Under the pieces are notes generated by a model that saw only the letters and a list, made by a program, of their open reading frames with translations, ran no database searches and was not told the DNA's origin. A DNA stretch of 64,000 nucleotides, taken from an uncultured virus (IMG/VR IMGVR_UViG_3300033066_002433). Lineage: Duplodnaviria; Heunggongvirae; Uroviricota; Caudoviricetes. Position 1 is the stretch's first letter, and each line of letters starts with the position of its first letter. Shown in pieces: positions 54,574 through 64,000 of the stretch. Made by a program: the position numbers and the translations under genes. The stretch lies in IMG/VR virus record IMGVR_UViG_3300033066_002433, one strand, 5' to 3'.

Positions 54574-56576
54574 GAATCTTTCTTCTTAAACTTCTTGAAA
54601 TTATTCCACTTTTTCTTAGGCTTCCCATCATCAGCCTTTTTCTCAATCGGCGTTCCATCTGAGTTTCTCATTCCCCTACACTTTGGGAATTTTTCACAAC
54701 CATAAAACTCTCCATAAGAACTTTTTCTAAGAAGCATTTTCCCCTGGCAGGTTGGACAATCATCTTTGCCATAAACCTTTTCAGTCTTAACTCTCTCTTT
54801 TGGTTTTCCATCTTCGCCTATATTTGCCGTATACTTACATTCCTTATCAGGACAAGCAAAAAACGAACCGAATTTACCATGCTTGGAAAGAAGCTTTTGA
54901 TGACACTTAGGACAGTCAAAATCTGTTACAGCCAAGTCTTGTTTCATCTGTGTTGCTGTATTTATGTCGCAACTTAATCTTTTCCAAAATTCTTCAAGAA
55001 CAGAAAGCTTTTTAAGCTCTTTATCGCCAATTTTATCTAACTTGTTTTCCATCTCTGAAGTAAAATTCAAATCCATAAAACAGAAATTGGACTTTACAAG
55101 AAAATCGCAAACCTTAATGCCAAGTTCTGTTGCTCGATACGAGTTACCTTGAGGTTCAATATACCCTCTAGCCTTTAGTGTCTTAGTTATAGAAGCATAA
55201 GTAGAAGGCCGTCCTATGCCTGTCTCTTCATACATTTTTGTAATAGAAGATTTAGTATAACGTGACGGCGGTTGAGTAAACTTTTGCTCAGAAGTAATGT
55301 CGCTAATGTCGCAGTTGTCTCCAACAGCCAACACAGGCAAAATCTTGTCTTCCGAAGAAGACCAGGTCCAAACTTTCTTCCACCCATCAAACAACATCGT
55401 ACTTCCGCTTGCTCCAAACTCATACTTGTCAAATACAAAACGAGCAGTAACGGCAAGATTTTTGGATTTTTCCATCTGAGATGAAACTGTTCTTTTCCAA
55501 ATCATTTCATAAAGCTTACGCTCATCAGCTTCGCCATTTACATGAGTAATGTTAACGTCTACAGGCCTAATAGCTTCATGGGCCGCTTGAACGTTTCCGC
55601 CCTTGCTTGCATACACTTGAACTGTTTTTGGAAGATATTCAGGAGCGTAATTGGCTTTAATATGATCACGAATATTACTTACAACTTGAGGAACAATGCT
55701 TACCGAATCGGTTCTCATGTAAGTTATTTTGCCATCTTCGTAGAGATGTTGAGCGACCTTCATTGTCTTATCTTGGTCCCAACCGAATGCGCTTGCTGCC
55801 GTTTGTTGAAGAGTAGAAGTTGTAAAAGGGGCTCTAGGCGAAGAAAATACTTCCTTGCTATCGTATTTTGTAACTTTGACTACCTTCTTCGTAAGATCGG
55901 TAACAATTTTATCTGCCTGCTCTTTGTTCTTTATATCCATTTTATCAGGATTTACAAGAGCGGCAACTACCTTTTCTTTTTTAGGTGTTAGAAGATCCGC
56001 ATGAATGTCCCAATATTCTTGAGGAACAAATGCTTGTATCTCTTTTTCTCTTTCGGCAAGAACTCTCAAAGCCGCGCTCTGTACTCTTCCTGCCGACTTA
56101 CCGCCAGTAGCAGAAGTTGTAATAAATGAACACTTATAGCCTACAAGTCTATCAAGAATGCGACGGGTTTCATAGCTATCAACAAGCTCGTAATCAATAT
56201 CAGAAGCATTGGCGATAGCATCAAGAATGGCCTGCTTTGTTATACTGTTAGTCTTTGCTCTTTTGAATTTCTTACCAGCAGGCAACTGTTTGCTAAGATG
56301 CCAAGCGATAGCTTCTCCCTCTCTATCGGGATCGCTCATAAGATAAACTAGATCGGCATCCTTGGCTGCTGCAACAATAGAGCTTACAACACTTTCTTTA
56401 CCTGGCATTACGCCATATTTGGGAGCAAAGTCTTTCTTAATGTCAACATTAAGACCTTTTGCAGGTAAATCGATAACATGGCCTACTGAGGCCATAACCT
56501 TATATTCTTTGCCCAAATAAATGCCAATCTTTTTGGCTTTTTCGGGAGATTCCACTATAACTAAATATTTTGCCAT
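54570..56576 (-). CDS. topA: Type IA DNA topoisomerase
   Basis: 'IVESP', 'DPDREGE', 'GRVQS', 'ITYMRTDS', C-terminal zinc ribbons. Confidence 0.95.
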   Translation of the reverse strand: MAKYLVIVESPEKAKKIGIYLGKEYKVMASVGHVIDLPAKGLNVDIKKDFAPKYGVMPGKESVVSSIVAAAKDADLVYLMSDPDREGEAIAWHLSKQLPAGKKFKRAKTNSITKQAILDAIANASDIDYELVDSYETRRILDRLVGYKCSFITTSATGGKSAGRVQSAALRVLAEREKEIQAFVPQEYWDIHADLLTPKKEKVVAALVNPDKMDIKNKEQADKIVTDLTKKVVKVTKYDSKEVFSSPRAPFTTSTLQQTAASAFGWDQDKTMKVAQHLYEDGKITYMRTDSVSIVPQVVSNIRDHIKANYAPEYLPKTVQVYASKGGNVQAAHEAIRPVDVNITHVNGEADERKLYEMIWKRTVSSQMEKSKNLAVTARFVFDKYEFGASGSTMLFDGWKKVWTWSSSEDKILPVLAVGDNCDISDITSEQKFTQPPSRYTKSSITKMYEETGIGRPSTYASITKTLKARGYIEPQGNSYRATELGIKVCDFLVKSNFCFMDLNFTSEMENKLDKIGDKELKKLSVLEEFWKRLSCDINTATQMKQDLAVTDFDCPKCHQKLLSKHGKFGSFFACPDKECKYTANIGEDGKPKERVKTEKVYGKDDCPTCQGKMLLRKSSYGEFYGCEKFPKCRGMRNSDGTPIEKKADDGKPKKKWNNFKKFKKKDS

Positions 56577-56590
56577 ACTGATATTTCGAC

Positions 56591-56623
56591 AAAAAAAGGC
56601 GTGAGGAACAATCCCCCACGCCT
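56591..56623 (-). terminator. Intrinsic terminator
   Basis: AGGCGTGGGG ATTGTT CCTCACGCCT followed by a T run. Confidence 0.75.
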
Positions 56624-56647
56624 CTTCAGTAACCAGTTTTGTTTGTT

Positions 56648-56869
56648 TTATATGGCAGAAACCATTGGGAGATCGTACAGATTACGGCTTGTGGTGCTTT
56701 GCAAATAATTGCCTTGAGAACTACGAACAACTCGAACTCCAGAAATTCTGGAATTACGAGCCATATTTACGGCCTGGCTTCTAGTGACATAGGTGCTTCC
56801 GTTCAAAAGAAAGCCAACCGTATGCCTCTTTGAATTTACAACTCTTTTTGTTATTCTTTGTGTCTTCAT
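56648..56869 (-). CDS. DUF3892-like small protein
   Basis: 'TRSQAV...GNYLQS...NLYDLP'. Confidence 0.7.
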   Translation of the reverse strand: MKTQRITKRVVNSKRHTVGFLLNGSTYVTRSQAVNMARNSRISGVRVVRSSQGNYLQSTTSRNLYDLPMVSAI

Positions 56870-56904
56870 GTGTTATTTCCTTTTTTCAATACTGGTTACA
56901 TTTT

Positions 56905-57303
56905 TTATTTCATTTGCTTCTTAACTGGCTGCATTTCGCTTCTAAGACCACCCTTACCAACAAATCCAGAAGCCAAGCCAGCGATATGGCACCACGCTCT
57001 AAGGCACCTATCCTGATCTTCTTCCGTTCTTGCTTCAGACATTCTCAAGTCTCTATCAGACAAAATGGGAGAATCATAAGAAAAGACTCCGTTAACTTGA
57101 AGCCTCTTATAGGCAATCTCAAGTAGGTGAGGGGCAACGCCGATGGCATCGCCAAGCTCGCTAATTTTTGGAGATACGTTTTGCAAACATGCAAGACAAA
57201 TAGCTACGCCGTAGCCTCCATCTCTTTCGTCAGCAGGAACCGCATCGGTTTCCCAGTTTGGGCCACAAATAATATTTACTATTCTTTCGTATTGAGATCT
57301 CAT
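56905..57303 (-). CDS. hypothetical protein (possible HTH)
   Basis: 132-aa ORF. Confidence 0.65.
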   Translation of the reverse strand: MRSQYERIVNIICGPNWETDAVPADERDGGYGVAICLACLQNVSPKISELGDAIGVAPHLLEIAYKRLQVNGVFSYDSPILSDRDLRMSEARTEEDQDRCLRAWCHIAGLASGFVGKGGLRSEMQPVKKQMK

Positions 57304-57378
57304 GTATAACCTTTAGCTAGTTGCGAACACATAAACTCTGTTAGAGTATCGCCAAAAACAGTCATCGAATTACGCCAT

Positions 57379-58458
57379 TCACGATAATGCGTGAGCTGTA
57401 CTTTCAACCCATGAATGGTTTGATATTTCCATAAACTCAGCATTTGATTGCAACTCTTCGAAATTGCCAGCTCCAGAGTATGTCAAACCAGAACGTACAC
57501 CACCAAGAATGTTAGCAACAACATCGGCAACTGAACCTTTTGCCATTATTGTTATTTGCTCACCTTCAGGCGAAACACCAATCTTGCCTATGTCTTTCAA
57601 AAAGTGACCTGAAGACTGCCCTCTGTATATTTTTACATTACCCTTATTAGTCCCTATAACAGGTCCAGGAGTTTCATCACATCCAGCGAGCATATGACCG
57701 AGCATAACTGCATTTGCGCCAGCAGCAAGTGCTTTTACAACATCACCGCTAGTACGCAGCCCTCCATCAGCGATAATACCAACCTTGGAATGACCGCTCC
57801 TATTAAGTCCTTTTCTTGCGGAAATAATAGCAGAGAGCTGTGGAACTCCATGACCTGTTACAATCCTAGTTGTACAAACGGAGCCAGGACCAACTCCAAC
57901 TTTTATACAATTTGCTCCAGCATATGCCAAATCCACGGCACCTTCTGAAGTAGCAACATTACCGGCTATTACAAAAATATTAGGTATTGTTACAAGATCT
58001 TCAACAGTTTCTAAGCTTTGTTCCATATGACCATGAGCAACGTCCAAGCAAACGATCATTTTATTTTCTTCTGTTGGTAGATACTCATGAGCAAGATTTT
58101 TAACAAAATCAACCCACTTTTCACCGCAACCTACGCTAAAAGCCACTCTAGAACAAAGCTTTTGTACTTCTTCTATTTCAGCAGCATGATCGGTAGGTTG
58201 TTTATAAAATCTATGAAGTATTCCTAGTCCGCCTAGCCTAAACATAGCAGATGCCATGTCTTTGCCTGTAACAGTATCCATATTGGAACTAATAATGGGA
58301 ATATCAAGATTTACATTTCCGCCAATATTAGTGTTCAACGAGATCTCTTCATCATTTCTAGACTTAAATCTAGATCGCTGAGGTTTCAGAAGAACATCAT
58401 CATAAGTCAACCACCGAGATGGTTCATATTCGCTGTTTGAGGAGTCAATGAATCTCAT
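57379..58458 (-). CDS. IMP dehydrogenase / GMP reductase family protein (no CBS domains)
   Basis: 'DDVLL', 'NMDTVT', '[11 protein letters not shown]', 'IADGG'. Confidence 0.88.
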   Translation of the reverse strand: MRFIDSSNSEYEPSRWLTYDDVLLKPQRSRFKSRNDEEISLNTNIGGNVNLDIPIISSNMDTVTGKDMASAMFRLGGLGILHRFYKQPTDHAAEIEEVQKLCSRVAFSVGCGEKWVDFVKNLAHEYLPTEENKMIVCLDVAHGHMEQSLETVEDLVTIPNIFVIAGNVATSEGAVDLAYAGANCIKVGVGPGSVCTTRIVTGHGVPQLSAIISARKGLNRSGHSKVGIIADGGLRTSGDVVKALAAGANAVMLGHMLAGCDETPGPVIGTNKGNVKIYRGQSSGHFLKDIGKIGVSPEGEQITIMAKGSVADVVANILGGVRSGLTYSGAGNFEELQSNAEFMEISNHSWVESTAHALS

Positions 58459-58468
58459 TGATAACCTT

Positions 58469-58888
58469 TCACTCAGAAGCAAGCTTGAGTCTGTTAATAG
58501 CCTCAGACTGAGCGGCATTGGGAACAATAAGACCAGATGGGCTTGAGGCCTTAGATCTTTCTTCCTGTTTCTTCTTTATCTCAAGAAGAACTTCATTGGC
58601 CTTTTCTTGGAATTTTAGGCAAGCCTCTACTCTGGTTTTTGCTTCAATATCAAAGCGAACATCCTGCTGCCTAACGTCAATTAGAATTGGCTTTCCGTCA
58701 GGTCCTGGAGCATGGATTCCAATTGGAATCTGAAATACTCCAACAAAAACATGGGACGGCCCTGTTTCCTGCATTTCTGCCAACTGCTCGGGAGTTGGCG
58801 TTGTAAGAGTCTCGGCATCAACAAGCCTAAGCTCTTCTATTTTCTGACCTTCTGGTGTGAAAAACGTTTGAATTGTTGTGATTAGCAT
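58469..58888 (-). CDS. hypothetical protein
   Basis: 139-aa ORF with AAGGA RBS. Confidence 0.7.
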   Translation of the reverse strand: MLITTIQTFFTPEGQKIEELRLVDAETLTTPTPEQLAEMQETGPSHVFVGVFQIPIGIHAPGPDGKPILIDVRQQDVRFDIEAKTRVEACLKFQEKANEVLLEIKKKQEERSKASSPSGLIVPNAAQSEAINRLKLASE

Positions 58889-58917
58889 TTTATATTTCCT
58901 TTCATTCGAGTATCGGA

Positions 58918-59871
58918 TTATCCAATATCAGCAAGATCTGAATCCACCATAAGTTTGCACAACTCTTTCATTGTTGTTTTTGGATACCACTTCAATTCGG
59001 CATTTGCTTTTGAAGAATCACCAAGAAGAAAATTTACTTCAGATGGTCTATAATATTTTGGATCGGTAACAACATATTCTTTCCAATCCAAACCGACATG
59101 CGAAAAAGCCTCTTCCAGGAATTCTCTTACACTATGGCTTTTCCCTGTTGCAATTACATAATCTTCTGGCTTATCTTTTTGCAACATTAGCCACATAGCT
59201 TCAACATATTCTTTTGCATAACCCCAATCTCTTTTGGCATCAAGATTTCCTAATCTAAGTTCTTTTTGAAGACCTTTCTTGATACGAGCAACAGCTTTTG
59301 TGATCTTTTTTGTAACAAATGTTTCGCCCCGTCTCGGACTCTCATGATTAAAGAGTATTCCGCTACATGCAAACATTCCATAAGACTCTCTATAGTTACG
59401 AGTAAGATAATGAGCGCATACTTTACCGCAAGCATAAGGGCTTTGCGGCAGGAAAGCTGTAGTTTCAAGCTGTGGAGGTTCTGCTGCTCCAAACATTTCA
59501 CTCGAAGATGCGTTATAAATCTTAGAGCTTAGTCCAAGCATACGAACAGATTCAAGCACATTAAGCGTTCCAATTGCCGTAGATTCTACCGTATAAATAG
59601 GTATTTCAAAACTAACCTTAACATGACTCATAGCAGCTAAATGATAAATCTCATCTGGTTTAACTTTTTGCAAGACGGAAGAAATACTTGTTTGGTCTAA
59701 AAGGTCAGCAAAATGCAAATTGATTTTATCAAAAATATGATCTATACGAGTCGTGTTTATTGAACTTGATCTTCTTACCGTTCCGTGAACTTCATAGCCT
59801 TTAGACAATAATAATTCTGCAAGATATGAGCCGTCCTGTCCGGTTATTCCTGTTATCAATGCTTTTTTCAT
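58918..59871 (-). CDS. gmd: GDP-mannose 4,6-dehydratase
   Basis: '[14 protein letters not shown]', 'FNHESPRRG', 'RDWG'. Confidence 0.95.
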   Translation of the reverse strand: MKKALITGITGQDGSYLAELLLSKGYEVHGTVRRSSSINTTRIDHIFDKINLHFADLLDQTSISSVLQKVKPDEIYHLAAMSHVKVSFEIPIYTVESTAIGTLNVLESVRMLGLSSKIYNASSSEMFGAAEPPQLETTAFLPQSPYACGKVCAHYLTRNYRESYGMFACSGILFNHESPRRGETFVTKKITKAVARIKKGLQKELRLGNLDAKRDWGYAKEYVEAMWLMLQKDKPEDYVIATGKSHSVREFLEEAFSHVGLDWKEYVVTDPKYYRPSEVNFLLGDSSKANAELKWYPKTTMKELCKLMVDSDLADIG

Positions 59872-59880
59872 TTACGTTCC

Positions 59881-60258
59881 TTATAGACAAAAGTCATCAT
59901 CTTTTAATTCGTCTTCAAGATCTTCTGGAAAGATAAAAGCCTCGTCTGGAATTTTACGTTCCGGCGGAGGCTGTATTATGTAATGATAACCATCAGTTTT
60001 TATATCTTTTACAAATTTAATTTGACAATCTTTCAGAATATTTTCTATCATAGGAGCGTCTACAGACTCTATGATAATCTCTTGTTCTACTCTTTTTACT
60101 TGAACGGCATTTATGATGGAATAAACCTGTTCCATTTCCATGCCAATAAGTTTTTTGGGCTTAGCCTTCTTTTTTCTGCGCGTTACTTTCTTTGGTTTAG
60201 TTTCTGTCTTTTTGGTTGCTTTTTTCATATGCGCTTCTCTCCTGAATGAAGTTATCAC
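59881..60258 (-). CDS. hypothetical protein with basic N-terminus
   Basis: 125-aa ORF. Confidence 0.6.
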   Translation of the reverse strand: MITSFRREAHMKKATKKTETKPKKVTRRKKKAKPKKLIGMEMEQVYSIINAVQVKRVEQEIIIESVDAPMIENILKDCQIKFVKDIKTDGYHYIIQPPPERKIPDEAFIFPEDLEDELKDDDFCL

Positions 60259-60303
60259 AAATTTCGGAGATATATAATTCTAAGAAGCGCATTCCACCAA
60301 ATA

Positions 60304-60984
60304 CTAAGGAAGTCTGGGATTAAAGCCAAAACGTCTTCTTCGCTCATAGGTTTTGCCATCTGTAGTATAGAAAGATTCATTACGAATATGAAGCGGGTCT
60401 TTTCCTGTATAGTTGACCCAATCATGCCGTATAATGACATTATCTATGTAAACAGCCTTATTCAGTGCATAAACAGAATCATGAAATTCATTATCGCAAT
60501 ATAATGAAATATAACTTGGGTGATAGATATAGCCAAAGTGGTCATACATGGGTTTCCCCATAACGGAAAGAGTTATGAGCTTTTGTCCAACTCTTCCGTC
60601 ATTATAGTGCAAGGCACCATTGAAATCTGGATAAAATTTCGTCATATCGTTGTAGATAATCTTGTCATAACCACGCTGAATAGGGGTCATGTCATCGCTG
60701 GCTAAAAGGAGAATCTTCCAATCGCTATGATGGTGCATGTCTGCATTTATTGCTTCAACTTTGGTTTTTGAGTTACCGTAATAAAAGAAAACGTTATGAT
60801 GACCATTAGCAGGACCAAGCCACCATTTCATGTCGTCATTGTTCATTGTATTATCATCTGTATCCATAGAAACAACAAATTTGACCTTTAGTTCACCAGA
60901 AAGCATGCTGTAATATTTGTCAAACTGGTTACGAAACTTATCTGGTCTTCCTCTTGTCGGAATCTTAATCAAAAGATCAAACAT
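60304..60984 (-). CDS. Glycosyltransferase-like protein (GT-A)
   Basis: 'IPTRGRP', 'ASDDM', 'YCDNE'. Confidence 0.7.
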   Translation of the reverse strand: MFDLLIKIPTRGRPDKFRNQFDKYYSMLSGELKVKFVVSMDTDDNTMNNDDMKWWLGPANGHHNVFFYYGNSKTKVEAINADMHHHSDWKILLLASDDMTPIQRGYDKIIYNDMTKFYPDFNGALHYNDGRVGQKLITLSVMGKPMYDHFGYIYHPSYISLYCDNEFHDSVYALNKAVYIDNVIIRHDWVNYTGKDPLHIRNESFYTTDGKTYERRRRFGFNPRLP

Positions 60985-60999
60985 AATAACCTTCCTTTA

Positions 61000-61563
61000 T
61001 CAAATAGTTACAATCCAACACTGTCCCTTAGTCCTGTATCTACCCTGTCCAAAAACTTCGTTTATTGCTCTTGTTACGCCTTCCCATCCGTAATCATGTC
61101 CAGCAATAACACCGCCTTGTTTCACCTTTGGCAACCAACTAATTATGTCCATCATTACAAATTCGTACTTATGCTCTGCATCAATAAAAACAAAATCTAA
61201 AGAACCGTCAGTATATAAGGCAGATGCTTTAACGGATTCCATTTCTAATGGAGTCATAACGTGAATAACTGGTTGCATATTTTGAATAAACTGAGGATAT
61301 ATAGTTCCGTTCTTTATGAGGGTTTCGTCATACGCTCCGTTTGTTGGATCGTACATTTGTTCGGAACCCTTCCAAGTATCAACAACATCTAGTTTGATCT
61401 TCTTGTTAGAGTTAATAATTTCAACAGCCAAAAATGAAGTGCTTTGTCCGTACCAAGCCCCTATTTCAACAAAATGATCACCGTCTCTTGCAGTTTGAAC
61501 CATTTCAGTGTATACATCTTCATAGTCAAAATAACCAGGAATATTTTTATAGAAATGGTCCAT
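61000..61563 (-). CDS. Class I SAM methyltransferase (Methyltransf_24)
   Basis: 'VEIGAWYGQS', 'FIDAEH', 'AGHDY'. Confidence 0.85.
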   Translation of the reverse strand: MDHFYKNIPGYFDYEDVYTEMVQTARDGDHFVEIGAWYGQSTSFLAVEIINSNKKIKLDVVDTWKGSEQMYDPTNGAYDETLIKNGTIYPQFIQNMQPVIHVMTPLEMESVKASALYTDGSLDFVFIDAEHKYEFVMMDIISWLPKVKQGGVIAGHDYGWEGVTRAINEVFGQGRYRTKGQCWIVTI

Positions 61564-61564
61564 T

Positions 61565-63082
61565 TCAATCTCCCAAAAGGTACTGAATATATGCATTTTC
61601 CCATATACATTGAGAACGTTCATTATTCAAAATCGGTTTGTTATTGCAAATTTCTTCTACAAGAGTAGAACAACAATGTATGTCATCAAAAACGACTCTA
61701 ATCGTTTTTCTGCCATCAATCATAGACGCTGACAGCTTCTCGCAAAACCCAAGTTCCTCTCGGACATGCTCTTCCAAATGTTTCCCATCTATGTGAAACA
61801 AATCAAACTTCTCATTCCTTATCAAAGGAAGTTGATCAATAGAATCACCATGACGGAAAATTATTTCAGAATTCGGGAAATGCTTTCGCAAAACATTAAT
61901 AGCCGGTCTTGTATATATGTCATTGATATCAATGCTTGTAATCTTCAGTTTCGGATTTCCAAGAAGCATAATCAAAAGCGAATGACCCATATACGTTCCT
62001 ATTTCCAAAACAGAAGTTGATTCCTGGGCCAGTCTGTATAACATCTCTTGCTTCGGATACATTTTTACGGAATATTCGTAATCTGTTCCCTCAAAAAGAT
62101 AGCTCCCGTGCCCTGACTGAAATGAGTAGTTACACTCCTTGTAAAGTTCTTGAAAAATAGGTTCTGCTTCAACAAGTTTTTTTGCAAATTCGCTATCAAA
62201 ACCGCCTTGCGATATCTGAAGTTTAATTGTCTTTGTAGAAGGCATCTTCTTGATTAGTCTTCTCATATAGTTATCTGTATGCAGAGAACATGGATCAAAA
62301 TTGTTCCAAATCTTTTCGTATAATTCTTTGCTGAAGTTTATCTTTTTGAAGTCTGACCAGTCATCCAAAATGATTATTGGATAATCCGCATGCGCATCTG
62401 CAACAAGGCTTCTAGTAACTATAGGAATAGTTTTGAGATAGAGAGCCTCCCAAGTCCTGTGGCAATCAATTCCATTCCCTTTGGGAGAAAGGCAAAAGTA
62501 GCATTTACTCATATCTCTAAGGTAGCCCTCAAAAGTATTTGGAAGCTTGTAACCGCCAGCAAACCCATTCCATCCACCGTTCGTTTCACTAACTATTGAA
62601 AGACCAGTTTGCTGTAGACAGTATTCTCTTTCTGTTCTGTTATTTTGTACCGAAAAATTCGTATAGAACATTGTATCTTTAGGATTCGATTCATTACGAA
62701 CCTTTGTAATGGCATTAATATCGCCATGAGAATAGCCGATTGGGGCAAGTCCTATTGGGATTGGCCTCATCTTAGGATGATCTATATTGGCATTTTGAGC
62801 AAACCAACACAAAACTCTAGGATCATCAAGATATTTCAAATGGGATTCGTTGATTGAGTAATCACTGTTACCAGTGAATATCACAAACTCAAACTGAGGG
62901 TTAACTGTAGAGAAAAAGTTTGCTATGTAATCGGTTTTAACATATACCCAGTTATTAGGCTTAGTAAACGGATTAATTCTATATCCATCATAGTTCCATA
63001 TATGTTTACACTGAACAGCAAAACCATTGCCGTTCAAATAAGGGAAACTATGATCTTCAAACGTTTTCCATTGAGGGTACAT
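61565..63082 (-). CDS. Exostosin-like glycosyltransferase fused to a Methyltransf_24 domain
   Basis: 'FCLSPKGNGIDCHRTWEALY'; 'LEIGTYMGHS', 'HIDGKH'. Confidence 0.8.
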   Translation of the reverse strand: MYPQWKTFEDHSFPYLNGNGFAVQCKHIWNYDGYRINPFTKPNNWVYVKTDYIANFFSTVNPQFEFVIFTGNSDYSINESHLKYLDDPRVLCWFAQNANIDHPKMRPIPIGLAPIGYSHGDINAITKVRNESNPKDTMFYTNFSVQNNRTEREYCLQQTGLSIVSETNGGWNGFAGGYKLPNTFEGYLRDMSKCYFCLSPKGNGIDCHRTWEALYLKTIPIVTRSLVADAHADYPIIILDDWSDFKKINFSKELYEKIWNNFDPCSLHTDNYMRRLIKKMPSTKTIKLQISQGGFDSEFAKKLVEAEPIFQELYKECNYSFQSGHGSYLFEGTDYEYSVKMYPKQEMLYRLAQESTSVLEIGTYMGHSLLIMLLGNPKLKITSIDINDIYTRPAINVLRKHFPNSEIIFRHGDSIDQLPLIRNEKFDLFHIDGKHLEEHVREELGFCEKLSASMIDGRKTIRVVFDDIHCCSTLVEEICNNKPILNNERSQCIWENAYIQYLLGD

Positions 63083-63927
63083 TAAGATTTCTCCGCAATA
63101 CTAATTTCTTTGTTCTTCTCTTTGTTCCCGGCATCTTCATAGAACGCAATCATTTCTTGTAATGAACGCTCGCCGTATGTTGTGTTTACACAGTTTGACG
63201 CTCCAATATAGTTGGTAAAATTATCCCCCTCATTTAGAAGCCTTTCGCTCAGTCCTCGCAACTGGACCCCTGGAACTGGATCTTTCAACATACATCTATC
63301 ATTAGGGCCTTGAATCTTGTGTATAAGAGAACAGTGCATAACTCTAGGCCAAATCCTATCCATTAGAAATTCTTGATCTTTACCATGACTGTTCCATGCT
63401 TCGCTATTTCTCCCCCAAGAATCAACCATGCTTGAAAACGATCTGAACCCGATTGCGTTAACAAACGGTTGACACCTAAAGCCAACCATTCCACCCATCA
63501 AAGGAATAGTGTGCGAGTTGTTATCATTGATCCCATGAGCAATATAAGGAGAATCAATGAAATGATATACGCATTTCGCCTGCCTCGGAGTTAGAATAGA
63601 GTCAAGGTCTCGACAAAAAACAAAATCATTCTCAGCTTCCCATGCGGGAATTAGCCTCCAAAGCATTCCGATCCCTTTGACTGACTGTTCCCAAAGAGAA
63701 CCTCCATTAGTTACGATTCGCAACTGAATCAAATCAGCGCTAGCCAGATTATTGATTTCTTTGCCGTAATAGTCGTTTGATGTAAAAGGCCTATCAGTTG
63801 TAAGCCTAATTTTCCATCTCGAATCTGGATATATGCCGTAATGCATTCGAATTAATAAAGGCAAAAGACTTGTATAGTTTTGCCTTTTTTCTCCGAATGC
63901 AGAAAAGCTGTTTATGAAGTTTCCCAA
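63082..63927 (-). CDS. Glycosyltransferase-like hypothetical protein
   Basis: 'MLWR', 'RDLDS', 'LMGGM', 'DQEFL'. Confidence 0.6.
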   Translation of the reverse strand: MGNFINSFSAFGEKRQNYTSLLPLLIRMHYGIYPDSRWKIRLTTDRPFTSNDYYGKEINNLASADLIQLRIVTNGGSLWEQSVKGIGMLWRLIPAWEAENDFVFCRDLDSILTPRQAKCVYHFIDSPYIAHGINDNNSHTIPLMGGMVGFRCQPFVNAIGFRSFSSMVDSWGRNSEAWNSHGKDQEFLMDRIWPRVMHCSLIHKIQGPNDRCMLKDPVPGVQLRGLSERLLNEGDNFTNYIGASNCVNTTYGERSLQEMIAFYEDAGNKEKNKEISIAEKS

Positions 63928-64000
63928 TCAAAAATCCTTATTCTCTTAGCAGACACAGGTTATCAAACTTACACCTTGTAATATCGTACATCGGTGATAA

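Noticed and set aside
1..64000. Alternative genetic code (stop codon reassignment)
   Set aside because: Conserved genes are full length in the standard code, coding density is high and no suppressor tRNA was seen.

Overview
AT-rich, gene-dense segment of what is most likely a large (jumbo/huge) bacteriophage genome. 1-4.7 kb (minus strand) is a tRNA/ncRNA array. It holds nine intact tRNAs (Phe x2, Pro x4, Ala, Tyr, Gly), none with an encoded CCA, and two tRNA fragments next to HNH genes. It also holds many tRNA-mimic and structured RNAs, including five copies of a Y-RNA-like (Ro60/Rsr-binding-type) helix, two of them circularly permuted into tRNA shells. A leader-peptide/terminator/antiterminator element sits upstream of the array. 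The rest encodes accessory enzymes (GNAT, PPase-like, P-loop kinase, PAS histidine kinase plus two receivers, MazG-like, vWA, two MoxR-like AAA paralogs with a vWA/metallopeptidase partner, two DNA adenine MTases), putative virion proteins (one with a Hint domain), a CCA-adding enzyme, RuvC-like nuclease, DnaJ, clamp and clamp-loader subunits, a SigH-like sigma factor, topoisomerase I, IMPDH/GMPR and sugar-nucleotide/glycosylation genes. Two window-wide patterns stand out. A shared N-terminal 'WYKx(A/S/C)' peptide is present on eight unrelated ORFs, a candidate capsid-targeting/protease signal. AGGA-N17/18-GAA(T/A) SigH-type promoters lie just upstream of apparently leaderless starts. All calls come from reading the sequence; no searches were run.
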